DNA of 64,000 nt from an uncultured Pseudobdellovibrionaceae bacterium (lineage in GTDB: Bacteria > Bdellovibrionota > Bdellovibrionia > Bdellovibrionales > UBA1609), in the NCBI GenBank assembly GCA_963803705.1, contig CAWDNU010000003.1, positions 160,001 to 224,000 on the forward strand, given 5' to 3'. Numbering within the stretch: position 1 is the first letter of the stretch; every line of letters starts with the position of its first letter. The position numbers were made by a program, and so were the translations under genes. The notes beneath the pieces are model-generated. The model was not told the DNA's origin and did no database searches. It was given only the letters and a program-made list of their open reading frames with translations. Below, piece after piece: positions 1 through 11,396 of this stretch.

Positions 1-1051
1 CCGATGTCCATTATGGTCGCTACAGGCCGTGCTGCAGGTCTTGGTGTTTTATTTAAAAGTGCAGAAGCCATCGAACAGATGGAAAAAGTAGACACTCTTG
101 TTGTGGATAAAACAGGAACTGTGACTGAAGGTAAACCAAAACTTGTTTCCGTAGTTTCATTTTCAAATGAAAGTGAGGATAAGATTTTAGAACTTGCAGC
201 CAGTCTTGAAACAGGAAGTGAACATCCATTAGCTGCTGCGATACTTACAGGTGCTAAAGATAGAAATATTGAAATTAAAAACAATTCGAATTTCAACTCA
301 ATCACAGGTAAAGGTGTCGAAGGCGAAATCGAAGGCCAAAAAGTTTTACTTGGGAACTCGGCCTTATTTTCTGAAATTAAAATTGAAGCACAAATAATTA
401 AAAAAGCAGATGAACTTGAGAGACCTTGGTCAAACAGTCATGTTTGTGGGGTCCGCAAATAAAATTTTTGGACTGATTGGTGTGGCAGATCCTATTAAAA
501 AAACTTCAAAAGAAGCCATTGCTCAATTAAGAAAAGACGGCCTTAAGGTGATTATGCTGACAGGGGATAATGAAAAAACGGCCAAAGCCGTAGCCGCACA
601 AATAGATTTGGACGAAGTGATAGCGGATGTTTTACCGAGCCAAAAAGCAGATGTGATTAAAAGGCTTCAAAGCGAAGGATGCATTGTCGCCATGGCAGGT
701 GATGGCATCAATGATGCTCCGGCATTAGCACAAGCCCATGTTGGAATTGCTATGGGCACTGGCACCGATGTGGCTATTGAAAGTGCAGGAGTGACTTTGA
801 TCAAAGGGGATCTTCGAGGAATTGTACGCGCCAGAGAAGTCAGCCAAATGACAATTCGAAATATAAAACAAAATCTTTTCTTTGCGTTTGCCTATAATGG
901 TCTTGGGGTTCCAATTGCTGCAGGTATTTTATATCCGTTTTTTGGAATATTACTAAGCCCAATGATTGCAGCGGCAGCTATGAGTTTAAGTTCGGTCTCA
1001 GTTATTGGAAATGCTTTAAGGCTTGGAGCTTCAAAAAAATGGAAAAGATAG
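1..1051 (+). pseudogene. copA: Copper-translocating P1B-type ATPase, C-terminal part (5' end outside the window); +1 frameshift near 415-418
   Basis: ORF 4..462 has the DKTGT phosphorylation motif and SEHPLA. ORF 410..1051 has [18 protein letters not shown] and MxxSS (Cu+ ATPase signatures). Removing one base joins ...KADEL to RDLGQTVMF. Confidence 0.9.
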
Positions 1052-1554
1052 TCTTTTTGTTTCTAGTTTTTTCTTTGAATGTTTTTGCGCATCAAGGTGT
1101 AGATCATTCAAGTGCTAAAACAAAAAAAATTATAGTAGAAAAAAATCAGCATAAAACCGATGCTACAACAGGTTATGAAAATCAACTTAAACTAATAAAT
1201 GAATCATATCTGAAAAATGTCTCGGATATTTTTAGTAAGAAATGTATGGATTGTCACGGAGAGCCTAAAAAAATGCCGTGGTATCATAGTTTACCAGTTG
1301 CAAAAAAAATTATGAATGATGACATGAAAGAAGCTAAAAAACATTTAAATATCCAAGATGGTTTTCCTTTCAAAGGGCACGGAACGCCAAAGCAAGACCT
1401 TGAAGCCATAGGTGAAGTGATTGCAAAAGGCGAAATGCCACCATTAAGATACAAGTTGATGCATTGGTCGTCTAAAATCTCTAAAAATGAAGCTAAAATT
1501 ATTAAAAATTGGGTTGAAGAAAGCCTTCAACTGCTGGACGAAGTGCCACAGTGA
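1039..1554 (+). CDS. Exported heme-binding (cytochrome c-like, Haem_bd) protein
   Basis: Signal peptide, CMDCH heme motif, PWY..LP and EMPP..Y..MHW motifs typical of heme-binding domain proteins. Confidence 0.8.
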   Translation: MEKIVFLFLVFSLNVFAHQGVDHSSAKTKKIIVEKNQHKTDATTGYENQLKLINESYLKNVSDIFSKKCMDCHGEPKKMPWYHSLPVAKKIMNDDMKEAKKHLNIQDGFPFKGHGTPKQDLEAIGEVIAKGEMPPLRYKLMHWSSKISKNEAKIIKNWVEESLQLLDEVPQ

Positions 1555-1602
1555 TGTTTAAGCGCTGGAAAAACAAATGAGAGTCTGCCAAGGATATTTT
1601 TA

Positions 1603-2320
1603 GTGAAATTATCAGTCCAAGCACGAAAGTGGCATAAGTGGCTCGCCTTGATCATCGGCGTTCAAATTTTGTTGTGGACCGCCAGCGGTCTATTTATGAG
1701 TTTTGTTCCCATAGAAACAATTCGTAGCGAAGATGTGATTAAAAGAAAACAAACCTATTATATTTAAAGACTTTGGCCGAATCATTTCCATAAATGATGC
1801 TTCTAAAAATTTAAACGATGATTTTGGGAAAATTGAAGATATAGAATTAAGACATCTCTTAAACATTCCAGTTTATGAATTTAAAAATAGCGAAGGTTCA
1901 GTCGCACTTATTAATGCTCTATCAGGTGAATTGGTGTCACCAATCACTGAAAGTCTTGTGAAGGAAATTGTGCTTTCAAGATATTCTGGCTCAGCTTCAG
2001 TTCATGATATCAAATTAATAAACACACCAGTCATAGAATACCGTGGTCAATATCCCGTATGGCGCGTTGATTTTGATAATAGGGATTCAACCAGTTTTTA
2101 TGTTCATCCTGATGACGGAAGTATTAAGGCTGTAAGAGGCAATTTTTGGCGGGTATATGATTTTTTATGGATGCTTCATATCATGGACTATTCTGAAAGA
2201 GAGAGCTTCAATCACTGGTGGCTTGTAGTGGCTGCACTTTTAGGATTTTCAGTCAGCATAAGTGGTTTTGTTTTATTTTTTTATTCTTTTAGAAAAAAAG
2301 ATTTTCGTTTTTTTAAATAA
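1603..2320 (+). pseudogene. PepSY-associated TM helix protein, +1 frameshift near 1751-1753
   Basis: GTG at 1603 reads VKLSVQARKWHKWLALIIGVQILLWTASGLFMS. After one extra A the frame continues PIIFKDF... into ORF 1931..2320, which has the WRVYDFLWMLHIMDY motif. Confidence 0.8.
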
Positions 2321-2426
2321 ATCTAAACTTGGATATTTTTGTAATCTCAATGTAAAATTATTATAGTAACGTAAGATGGACATAAAAAATTAAAGCATGA
2401 TAATGGTGAACATAATTTTACTTTAG

Positions 2427-2765
2427 TCACTTGCAATTAATATTATCAAGATTTTGAACTAAAAGTTCTCCGAAAGTCCCGAATGCTTTCACAAACTTTG
2501 CAAAATTTTTTCTATCAATACAGTAAAGTGACCTAGGTCCATCCACTTCTCCTTGCACGAGGCCTATTTCTTTAAGAGCCTTAAGATGTTGGCTTACAGT
2601 AGACTGAGCAAGTGGTAAATCAAGAACAAGATCTCCACAAATGCATTCACCACGTTTCGCTAAGGTCCTTAAAATTTCAATTCTGGCGGGGTGCGACAGT
2701 GCTTTGCACCATTCAGCGAGTTGAACATCTTTTTCTGGAAAATCATTTATTCTTGATAGAGCCAT
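2427..2765 (-). CDS. arsR: ArsR/SmtB family metalloregulator
   Basis: [35 protein letters not shown]; divergent from the ars genes. Confidence 0.92.
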   Translation of the reverse strand: MALSRINDFPEKDVQLAEWCKALSHPARIEILRTLAKRGECICGDLVLDLPLAQSTVSQHLKALKEIGLVQGEVDGPRSLYCIDRKNFAKFVKAFGTFGELLVQNLDNINCK

Positions 2766-2813
2766 TTGTTTAATGTATATCGTAACTATACGATAAGCAA
2801 CCGGAGAGCATTA

Positions 2814-3879
2814 ATGAACCAAGATCAATCAATCATCGGCAAACTATCATTTTTAGACAGGTATTTAACTTTATGGATATTTCTGTCTATGGGCTTGGGT
2901 ATTTTGTTGGGTAAGTTTGTGCCTCAATTCTCAAAAACGCTTGAAAGTATGTCTGTCGGCTCAACGTCAATTCCTATAGCTATAGGATTGATATTAATGA
3001 TGTATCCACCTCTAGCTAAAGTAAAATATGAAGAGATGCCTCAGGTTTTCAAAAACACCAAGGTACTGATTTTATCACTAGTTCAAAACTGGTTGCTGGG
3101 TCCGGTGCTTATGTTTGCGCTCGCAGTCATATTTTTACGAGATTATCCAGAGTACATGACAGGCTTAATACTTATCGGACTTGCAAGGTGTATTGCTATG
3201 GTCATTGTTTGGAATGATTTAGCAGGCGGGAGTCGTGAGTATTGTGCAGGACTTGTGGCTCTTAATTCTATTTTTCAAACTTTTACTTTTCCATTTTTAG
3301 CTTATTTCTTTCTAACCACGGCGCCGGGTTGTTTAGGAATACAAGCGGTAGAAGTTAATATTAGTGTCTGGTATGTTGCCGGTGCTGTATTTATTTACTT
3401 AGGCCTTCCCTTTTTTGCAGGATATTTTAGTCGAAAGATTTTAATAAAATCAAAAGGAAATAAATGGTTTGAGACTGAATTTATACCTAAAATATCTCCA
3501 ATCACTTTAGTCTTCTTGTTATTCACTATTGTTGTCATGTTTTCTTTAAAAGGCGAAAATGTTTTAGAGCTTCCACTAGATGTTCTTAAGAATTGCTATC
3601 CCATTGCTAATCTATTTTCTGCTTATGTTTCTTTTGTCATTTTATATGAGTAAAAAAGCGGGGGCTGATTACGAAAAGTCAGCAACTCTTTCATTCACTG
3701 CGGCATCTAATAATTTTGAGCTAGCTATTGCTGTGGCAATCGCTACATTTGGAATCCATCATGGGGCAGCGTTTGCTGCTATAATAGGTCCTTTAGTTGA
3801 AGTTCCAGTTTTAATTCTACTAGTTAGCGTTTCATTGTGGTTTAAGAAAAAATTCTTTGTACCTCGCGGAGCCAACTAA
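2814..3879 (+). pseudogene. acr3: ACR3 family arsenite efflux transporter, +1 frameshift near 3588-3590
   Basis: [26 protein letters not shown] and GLARCIAMV in the first frame; [12 protein letters not shown] and GPLVEVPVL in the second frame (3580..3879). Confidence 0.92.
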
Positions 3880-4596
3880 ATGAATAGCAATTTAGTAAAG
3901 CTCGATTACTTAAAGGAAGAAAATTTTTTACTTGATCCAATAATCATTAATCCACAGCATTTAGTTCACGCGCCTCGTATTTTAGTTTTATATGGGTCCC
4001 TTCGTAAAAAATCTTTTTCTAAGCTTCTAGCTAAAGAAGCGGAAAGAATTTTAATTCACATGGGAGCTGAAGTTAAAATGTTTGATCCGACTGATCTGCC
4101 AATGTTCGATCAAAACTCAATAGAGCATCCAAAAGTTAAAGAGCTTCGTGACTTAAGCATTTGGTCTGAAGGCCATGCATGGGTATCGCCAGAGTACCAT
4201 GGGGCTATTTCTGGAGTTATGAAAAATCAACTGGATTGGATTCCGTTAAACATTGGGTCAGTGAGACCCACTCAGGGAAGAACCCTCGCAGTTCTTCAAG
4301 TTTCAGGAGGGTCTCAATCCTTTAATGCAGTGAATACACTAAGGCTCCTAGGTCGTTGGATGCGTATGATTACTATCCCAAATCAATCTTCTGTAGCCCA
4401 AGCATTTAATGAATTTAACGATGACGATACAATGAAGTCATCAAGCTACCGCGACCGAGTCGTTGACGTTATGGAAGAGCTCATCCGATTTACATATCTC
4501 ACAAGGGATCATAGAGATTCTCTCGTTGATCGTTATAGTGAAAGAAAAGAGCAGCAAATTAAAATCGACTTACAACCAATTAAGGAGCCAGTATGA
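3880..4596 (+). CDS. arsH: Arsenical resistance protein ArsH (NADPH-dependent FMN reductase)
   Basis: [44 protein letters not shown]. Confidence 0.95.
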   Translation: MNSNLVKLDYLKEENFLLDPIIINPQHLVHAPRILVLYGSLRKKSFSKLLAKEAERILIHMGAEVKMFDPTDLPMFDQNSIEHPKVKELRDLSIWSEGHAWVSPEYHGAISGVMKNQLDWIPLNIGSVRPTQGRTLAVLQVSGGSQSFNAVNTLRLLGRWMRMITIPNQSSVAQAFNEFNDDDTMKSSSYRDRVVDVMEELIRFTYLTRDHRDSLVDRYSERKEQQIKIDLQPIKEPV

Positions 4597-5015
4597 ACAT
4601 ATTATTTTTATGCGTAGCCAACTCTGCTCGTAGTCAGCTTGCTGAGGGTTTAGCAAAATCAATGCTAGGAAGCAAAGCTAATGTCGAAAGCGCTGGTTCA
4701 GAGCCTTCAGGTCGTGTGCAGCCTTGGGCCGTTGAAGTTCTTAAAGAAATAAATATTGATATATCTAAAAACGTTTCAAAATCTACAGATGAGCTTTCGC
4801 CAGAATTTTTGGAAAAATTAGATTTCGTTATTACATTGTGTGCCGAAGAAGTTTGTCCATTTTTGCCATTAGAAGCTAAGCGTCTTCATTGGCCAATAAA
4901 AGATCCAGCTTCTGCACAGGAGGATAAAAAAGCCACTGCCTTTCGTTTGGCAAGAGATGAAATTAAAAATAAAATTGAATCTTTTCGAAGAGATGTTTTA
5001 AACGTTTTAAAGTAA
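4593..5015 (+). CDS. arsC: Arsenate reductase, LMW-PTP (thioredoxin-coupled) type
   Basis: [15 protein letters not shown] (CX5R), [16 protein letters not shown]. Confidence 0.92.
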   Translation: MNILFLCVANSARSQLAEGLAKSMLGSKANVESAGSEPSGRVQPWAVEVLKEINIDISKNVSKSTDELSPEFLEKLDFVITLCAEEVCPFLPLEAKRLHWPIKDPASAQEDKKATAFRLARDEIKNKIESFRRDVLNVLK

Positions 5016-5099
5016 AATTAACTTTTTTGAAAATGACGGAAGAATTAAATCCGAAGATTTTGTAATTAAAACTAAACCCTTGGATTTTTCTTAAATAAC

Positions 5100-6389
5100 T
5101 TAGGATTTCTTATATTTTAAAAATAATTTTTCAACTGAAAAAATTAAAATAAATCCAAAAATAGAAGTCCAAATTACAGTCATGTCTTGTTGGGATTTAA
5201 TCCAAACGAGGGCGCCAAGCACGATAACATCAAATACAATGGCAGTAATTAAAATGATCGAAGAGGCTTCAAGTTCTTTTCTTAAATGTCTTAGAACTCC
5301 CCAATGAATGGCAATGTCCATGACAATATAAAAAATTGCACCTAAGGATGCGATGCTAGAAAGGTCAAAGAGAACGGTCAGGATAATAGCCAAAACAATT
5401 GTATAAACTAAGGTGTGCATTTGTATATTTCCAGGCATCCCAAAATGACTGTGAGGAACGATATCCATATCTGTCAGCATGGCAAGCATTCTTGAGACAG
5501 CAAACACTGAGGCGATAACTCCAGAAATTGTGGCAGTGATTGCAAAGACAACTGTAATCCAAACCCCGAAATTACCAAAAGCAGGTCTTGAAGCTTCAGC
5601 GAGCACATAGTTTTTAGCACTGACAATCTCTTCAATACTTAAATTCCCAGCTACGGCTAAACAAGTTAAAAGATAAACAATCATACAAACAATGAGAGAG
5701 ATAATGATAGCTCTTGAAACATTTTTTTTAGCTTCCTTAAGTTCGCCACCACTATTGGTTATAGTTGTGAATCCTTTAAACGCTAAGATACCAATAGCAA
5801 CAGCGCCTAAAAAACTTAAACCACTGGTTTTTTGAGGCTCAACTGTGAAGCTTTGAAACTCAAAGCCAGATACCCAAAGACCACCTAAGGCCAAAAGCGC
5901 TAGGCCACCTACTTTTATAAATGCCATAAAGTACGAAAATTTTTGAATAAATTTATTACTCATTAGATTTACGAAAAATGCAAAAATCAATAACCCAACA
6001 CCTAAAGAAGGGACCAGAAACTGTTTGCTAAATCCAAGATCTAAAACTTGGGCAAGATAGCTACCAAAAGTTCTAGCAACTAAACTTTCGTTGATGACCA
6101 TTGAAAAATACATTAATAAAGCGCAAGCACCAGTGATGGTTGAAGGGCCATAAGCTTTTTTTAGAATCATAGCTATACCACCTGATGATGGATATTTATT
6201 GCAAACAATTATATAACTGTAAGAGCTAAATCCGGCAATAATTCCAGAAATTAAAAATGCAATTGGAAACCAAGTCCCAGCAAGTTCAGCCACTTGACCT
6301 GTAAGTGCAAAAATACCAGCGCCAATCATGACTCCTGTGCCCATTGCTACTGCGCCACTTAAGCTTAGACTTCCTTTATTAATTTTCAT
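5100..6389 (-). CDS. APC family amino acid permease
   Basis: GTGVMIGAGIF TM1 motif, ~12 hydrophobic segments. Confidence 0.88.
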   Translation of the reverse strand: MKINKGSLSLSGAVAMGTGVMIGAGIFALTGQVAELAGTWFPIAFLISGIIAGFSSYSYIIVCNKYPSSGGIAMILKKAYGPSTITGACALLMYFSMVINESLVARTFGSYLAQVLDLGFSKQFLVPSLGVGLLIFAFFVNLMSNKFIQKFSYFMAFIKVGGLALLALGGLWVSGFEFQSFTVEPQKTSGLSFLGAVAIGILAFKGFTTITNSGGELKEAKKNVSRAIIISLIVCMIVYLLTCLAVAGNLSIEEIVSAKNYVLAEASRPAFGNFGVWITVVFAITATISGVIASVFAVSRMLAMLTDMDIVPHSHFGMPGNIQMHTLVYTIVLAIILTVLFDLSSIASLGAIFYIVMDIAIHWGVLRHLRKELEASSIILITAIVFDVIVLGALVWIKSQQDMTVIWTSIFGFILIFSVEKLFLKYKKS

Positions 6390-6407
6390 TTATCAATCCT
6401 AAATTTA

Positions 6408-7187
6408 TTAAGGGTTAATCGAGCTGTCTTCTAAGTGTTTTTTATCAAATTTAAAAATTATTTTGGGATCGAATTTTGTTTTATGTTTATCTTTGTCAGG
6501 ACAATCCACATGAGCCATTAAATGACTGATGACATTCAACCTAGCCTCTTTTTTATTATCTGTTCGAACAATGTACCAAGGGGTGTTCTTATTGTGCGTA
6601 CGAACAAACATTTCATCGCGAGCTTTGCTGTAATCCTTCCAAAGCTTTTGAGCAGATTGATCAATCGGGCTAATTTTCCATTGGGTGAGTGGACTGGATT
6701 TCCTATCTTCTAATCGTTCTTTTTGCTCTTCTTTTGAGATATCCAGATAGTACTTATAAATTTGAATTCCAGATCTAGTTAGTAGTTCTTCAAAAGGAAC
6801 CACTGCATTCATAAAATTTTCATACTCAGTGTCTGTACAATATCCCATCACACGTTCAACGCCAGCCCTATTATACCAACTGCGATTCATGATCACCATT
6901 TCTTGTTTAGAAGGCAAATGGGCAACGTACCTTTGAAAATACCAAGAGTCCTGGTCTCGATCTGAGGGTTTTCCTAGGGCCACAACGCGAGTTTCACGTG
7001 GACTTAAGTGTTGAGTGATCCTTTTTATCACACCATCTTTACCGGCAGCATCTCGTCCTTCAAAAATAATCAGAATTTGAAGATTGTTACCTATAATGTG
7101 TTTTTGTAACTTTACCAATTCAATTTGAAGTAGCTTTAAGGAATGTTTATATCCTTCGTTTTTAAGGTCATGATTTTTTATCGTCAT
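6408..7187 (-). CDS. ppk2: Polyphosphate kinase 2
   Basis: FEGRDAAGKDG Walker A, WYFQRY, RSWYNRAGVERVMGYC. Confidence 0.95.
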   Translation of the reverse strand: MTIKNHDLKNEGYKHSLKLLQIELVKLQKHIIGNNLQILIIFEGRDAAGKDGVIKRITQHLSPRETRVVALGKPSDRDQDSWYFQRYVAHLPSKQEMVIMNRSWYNRAGVERVMGYCTDTEYENFMNAVVPFEELLTRSGIQIYKYYLDISKEEQKERLEDRKSSPLTQWKISPIDQSAQKLWKDYSKARDEMFVRTHNKNTPWYIVRTDNKKEARLNVISHLMAHVDCPDKDKHKTKFDPKIIFKFDKKHLEDSSINP

Positions 7188-7254
7188 CTTCGTACACCAG
7201 CTTTTTCAACTTTATTTGAATTTAGTAAAAATTTTTAGTTGGATTGATTTTAAC

Positions 7255-9702
7255 CTAGTAAGTGTATCCTAAGCCACCGCCCCAAGTGTCATAGGTCTCG
7301 TTGTAGTTAGCTACAAATGATAGATTTTTATTCTGTCTATATTCTAACTCGGTATAGAATCTTCGAATCGAGCTATATTCAAAGTTAAATTGAAGTTTAT
7401 CTGTAAGTTGTATTTCGTTTGCAAATTCCAATTCATATTTTTTCTCATCCATTAGAGGCTGATATTTAAAATCGACACTTATACGAAGTGGTAAAATCCA
7501 AGTGAACCCAAGTGTAGGTGAGACGTCGTATTGACCTTGTTTGCCTTCAGTTCTGCCACCTACATATAAACTTAAAAATCTTGTGAATGTACGCGCAGCG
7601 TGAAATTCCCCTTCTAAGTCTTCATCGTAGTTACCAATCACATCATATTCGAACATATAGTAAGAGTTAAAAATTTTACCTTCTAAGCGAGAGTAATTGG
7701 ATTGGGCAAGTAATTTACTACTTAAAAAGAATTGATCGGTATAATTAAATTCTTTTGAGTTCTTTCTTGCGATCTCAAGCTCTTTTGGTCCTGGGTTGTC
7801 TTCATAGCGAACAATTCGAGTCATGCCGTCCATCATATGGTAAAGAATGTGACAGTGAAAAAACCAGTCTTTTTCTTCATTGGCTTCAAACTCGATGACC
7901 ACTGTGCTCAGTGGGGCAACATTTACTGTATGTTTTAACACAGACCACTTACCTTGATTGGTCATCACCCTAAAAAAATGTCCATGTAAATGCATTGGAT
8001 GGTTCATCATAGTGGTGTTCTTCATTTCAAATCGAACACGTTCGCCTTTTTTAATTTTAATATAAGTTTCAGGTCCTAGAGGTCTGCCATTAATAGACCA
8101 GACGTAGTTTTCCATATTACCGTTCAAGGTGAAGGGTATAATCCTTAGCTTTTGATTTTTTTTGAGATCAATTGGCTCTTTGGCTTTAAGTAAACCATAG
8201 GTAAGTTCATAAAATAAATTGTCTTCAATTTTATTGTTTTCAATTGCTTTTATAGATTGATTCATAATTCGAAAACTATCTTCAGGATTCATTTTCATTG
8301 AGTCTGAGATCATAGAATTTGAAGACATTTCTTCATGACTCATATCTTTATTCATATCCATATGGTCGTGGGTTGTCTTGGACATCTTCATTTTAGAGTC
8401 CATCATGGGCATCAATTCACTCATTGTAGGTAATTCGTATTCATTTTTAAATTTATATTTCAGATCTTTGGGGATATCTTTAAATTCATTTTTATAAGTC
8501 ATGAAAAACTCATTCCAAAATCCTGCTTTAGGCATCCCCATCATTGCACCCATAGTGACACCAATAGGATTTATGAATGGCATCTTGGGCGCCGAAATTT
8601 TATTTTTACCAGATCCTAGCCAAACCGAAGAGTAACCAGAGTTATCAAATGATGTAGCCCTTAACTCTAATTTTGAATCTTCTTTTAACTCAACTACTAT
8701 GTCATAAGTTTCTGCAACACTTATAGGTAGGATTTTAACTGATACAGGTTCAACGGGAAGGCCGTCGGTTCCAATCACTGTCATTTTATCACCAGCAAAT
8801 GTTAGTTTAAAAATACTTGAGGCCGAACCATTTATAATTCTAAGTTTTACTTTTTTATTATCTTTAGCGACTAATTTTTGTTTACTTTTATTATTAGATT
8901 TAGGTTTATTGAATTTAGAATTATATGATGGAAAGGAATCATTTAAGCTTGAGTCGTCAAAGAGATCAATAGACTGTTTGCCATTTGCTGTAAAAAAATC
9001 ATATGCAATGTCTGCGTAATCCATGCCCCCCATTCGCTGTAAACTATTTCTAAATTTAACTCCAGCATTATTTGTTTTAAATGCTTTAAGCCAAGATTGA
9101 ACAGTATCTTTTTTTAAATCGTAGTATTCGCCGTCTTTTTTAAGATTCTTATGAATATCTTTCCCAGTTTCTTTTGAAAGATCAGATAAAATAATAGTTC
9201 TTTCAGGTATAGAATCAGAATTTGTTTTTTCAGGTAAAATTTTAAAAGAGCCATACACACCATCCTGTTCTTGGAACATCACATGAGAGTGATACCAATA
9301 GGTCCCTGTTTGGTTGATCCTGAATTCGTAAATTTTTGTAGAATTTGGTTCTATTGGTAATGAATTAACAAAAGGAACTCCGTCTTGATCATTTTTAATT
9401 AAAATCCCATGCCAATGAATTAAAGTTGGTTTCGAAAGTTTGTTATTGACTGTTATCTTTGCGGTGTCCCCAAATTTGAAGGTCAATTCTGGCGCTGGAA
9501 TTGTGCCATTAACAAGAACTCGGTTTTTAAAAACAATCCCACCAGTTTCATAACTTCCTTCTGTCAAAGTTAACTCATACTCGACTGTTGAACCAATGTC
9601 TGAAGCTCCAAAAGACAATAACGGACAGACAAGAATTAAAAGAAAAAAAGTTTTGCTATTAATAAATAATCTAAAAATGTTGTACATAAGATTTCTTAAC
9701 AT
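7255..9702 (-). CDS. Multicopper oxidase (PcoA/CopA-type) with Met-rich linker and C-terminal CopB-like beta-barrel region
   Basis: HWHG, YWYHSH, HPMHLHGH and HCHILYHM copper motifs; Met/His-rich insert; amphipathic beta-strand C-terminus ending GLGYTY. Confidence 0.88.
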   Translation of the reverse strand: MLRNLMYNIFRLFINSKTFFLLILVCPLLSFGASDIGSTVEYELTLTEGSYETGGIVFKNRVLVNGTIPAPELTFKFGDTAKITVNNKLSKPTLIHWHGILIKNDQDGVPFVNSLPIEPNSTKIYEFRINQTGTYWYHSHVMFQEQDGVYGSFKILPEKTNSDSIPERTIILSDLSKETGKDIHKNLKKDGEYYDLKKDTVQSWLKAFKTNNAGVKFRNSLQRMGGMDYADIAYDFFTANGKQSIDLFDDSSLNDSFPSYNSKFNKPKSNNKSKQKLVAKDNKKVKLRIINGSASSIFKLTFAGDKMTVIGTDGLPVEPVSVKILPISVAETYDIVVELKEDSKLELRATSFDNSGYSSVWLGSGKNKISAPKMPFINPIGVTMGAMMGMPKAGFWNEFFMTYKNEFKDIPKDLKYKFKNEYELPTMSELMPMMDSKMKMSKTTHDHMDMNKDMSHEEMSSNSMISDSMKMNPEDSFRIMNQSIKAIENNKIEDNLFYELTYGLLKAKEPIDLKKNQKLRIIPFTLNGNMENYVWSINGRPLGPETYIKIKKGERVRFEMKNTTMMNHPMHLHGHFFRVMTNQGKWSVLKHTVNVAPLSTVVIEFEANEEKDWFFHCHILYHMMDGMTRIVRYEDNPGPKELEIARKNSKEFNYTDQFFLSSKLLAQSNYSRLEGKIFNSYYMFEYDVIGNYDEDLEGEFHAARTFTRFLSLYVGGRTEGKQGQYDVSPTLGFTWILPLRISVDFKYQPLMDEKKYELEFANEIQLTDKLQFNFEYSSIRRFYTELEYRQNKNLSFVANYNETYDTWGGGLGYTY

Positions 9703-9791
9703 GAATTTACATTTGATTAAACTAAAACCTTATCAAATGTTTATGTTAATATAAATTGTGTAAATAATTACAAATATTAAATTGATTATTC

Positions 9792-9809
9792 TGATAGAAA
9801 TTTCTATCA
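9792..9809. promoter_or_regulatory. Perfect 18-bp palindrome TGATAGAAATTTCTATCA, putative operator
   Basis: Self-complementary; lies in the divergent intergenic region upstream of the multicopper oxidase. Confidence 0.4.
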
Positions 9810-10150
9810 AGAGATCATAATTTCTATAGTTAAACAAAAAATATTCGACAATAAAAGTATTAAGCATATTGTGAATTTAATTCTAGATAAAGATCTTTTG
9901 ATAATGTTGCAAATATCAACTGATTTTAACTTAAGAGTCAGCCTAATGCTGTAGACATAAAATACACTCTTTAATGGCTATGTAAGCGTTTTTTTGATGC
10001 ATCTGCTTTGCTAATTCTTGGTCTGCATTGTTGGGTTAATATAATTTCGCACTTTTTTAAGAAAAAACATAACTACTTTATAATGGTTCTTGACAGTTCT
10101 AATGGGAGTATTAACCTTTGTTAAATATCTGTTTTACTCTTGGGGGTTGT

Positions 10151-10888
10151 ATGAAGCAAAACTTTTTGATTTTTATTTTTTCTGTATTAGTTTCATCTGT
10201 AGCAAATGCTCAAATTAAATTTAACTCAATTATAAATGAAGCTGTCGGAAACAGTAACCTATCTTATCAGTTTGAGTTGGTTGATGAAAATACTTCGCAG
10301 CATATCACTGAAAATAACCTTGTAGAAACTCATACTAAAATATTACATTTTATTGTTTACGATGCTTCTTTAAATGAATTCAATCATGTTCATCCAAATT
10401 TTACAGGTACTGAATGGAGTGTTGAACTGAATCTACCTGTAAATGGAAATTACACGCTGTGGGCGCAGGGTCAAACTGCTGACGGAACCGAGTTTTCGGT
10501 CTCTAGAAATTTAATAATTTATAATGGTGCATCAGAGTGGCCAGTTATGAATTTGGTAGATAATAGGGTTGGAATAGATGGCAATACTAAATTAGAACTC
10601 ACTTCAAAAAATATAAAAGCGGGACAAATGGTCATGCTTGATTTTAGTGTTTCGCACACAGATGGATCATTGCCAAATATGAGTCCTTATTTGGGTGCAT
10701 TTGCCCATGTGATTGCCACAAAGCTTGGGGGTAATGAACTTATTCATGTTCATCCCATGGAAGGCAAAGTTCTAAACAGTGGAATTCTGCATTCGGTTTT
10801 TCCTGAATCAGGTGAATATCGTTTATGGATTCAGTTTATTGATAATGGAGAGCTTAAAACATTTTCATTGTCTGTAGATGTAAATTAG
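10151..10888 (+). CDS. Exported metal-binding protein with duplicated HVHP motifs
   Basis: Signal peptide after a GGGGG RBS (ATG 10151); two repeats with FNHVHP / LIHVHP and PYLGAFAH; TTGACA at 10090. Confidence 0.65.
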   Translation: MKQNFLIFIFSVLVSSVANAQIKFNSIINEAVGNSNLSYQFELVDENTSQHITENNLVETHTKILHFIVYDASLNEFNHVHPNFTGTEWSVELNLPVNGNYTLWAQGQTADGTEFSVSRNLIIYNGASEWPVMNLVDNRVGIDGNTKLELTSKNIKAGQMVMLDFSVSHTDGSLPNMSPYLGAFAHVIATKLGGNELIHVHPMEGKVLNSGILHSVFPESGEYRLWIQFIDNGELKTFSLSVDVN

Positions 10889-11213
10889 ATTGTAAATAAT
10901 TAAAAAAAATCTTTTTACAAAATTACTAGGATAGAAAGTTGCTTTCGTGTAAAATCGAATTTATTTAAAATATCAATTACATATAAGCGATAGCAAATGC
11001 AGAGAAGCTTTCTGAGATGAGTGGTATGAAAAGTTTGTGGGTTAAAGATGGGGAATGAGACATGCGCTGTACCTCTCATTCTGATCTTTGATGGAACAAA
11101 AGCTGGAAAACATAACATTCTACAGGATTTTAGAAAAATTTTTGGGAAATAGTATAAAATCTTGAGATCTGGCAACAGGTGTCACATGGATCAAATCTGA
11201 TAATATCCAGTAG

Positions 11214-11396
11214 TCATTTCTCCCAATCATAACTTTTTTTAGTCAAACTTTGGTTAAAATTACTTAAATCATTTTGTCCTCGTTTCAGAAGCAAGATGCT
11301 TTCCTTTTTAAAAAACGCATAAGTTTCTTTAGCTCCCAAAGCCAATGTCATGCAAAAGGCCACTGCGATTACAGCGTCTATAATTTCTTTTATCAT
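11214..11396 (-). CDS. Small hypothetical membrane protein
   Basis: GGAG RBS on the minus strand, N-terminal hydrophobic helix. Confidence 0.5.
   Translation of the reverse strand: MIKEIIDAVIAVAFCMTLALGAKETYAFFKKESILLLKRGQNDLSNFNQSLTKKSYDWEK

Noticed and set aside
10915..11175. 86-aa minus-strand ORF
   Set aside because: No RBS or recognisable motif, and atypical composition
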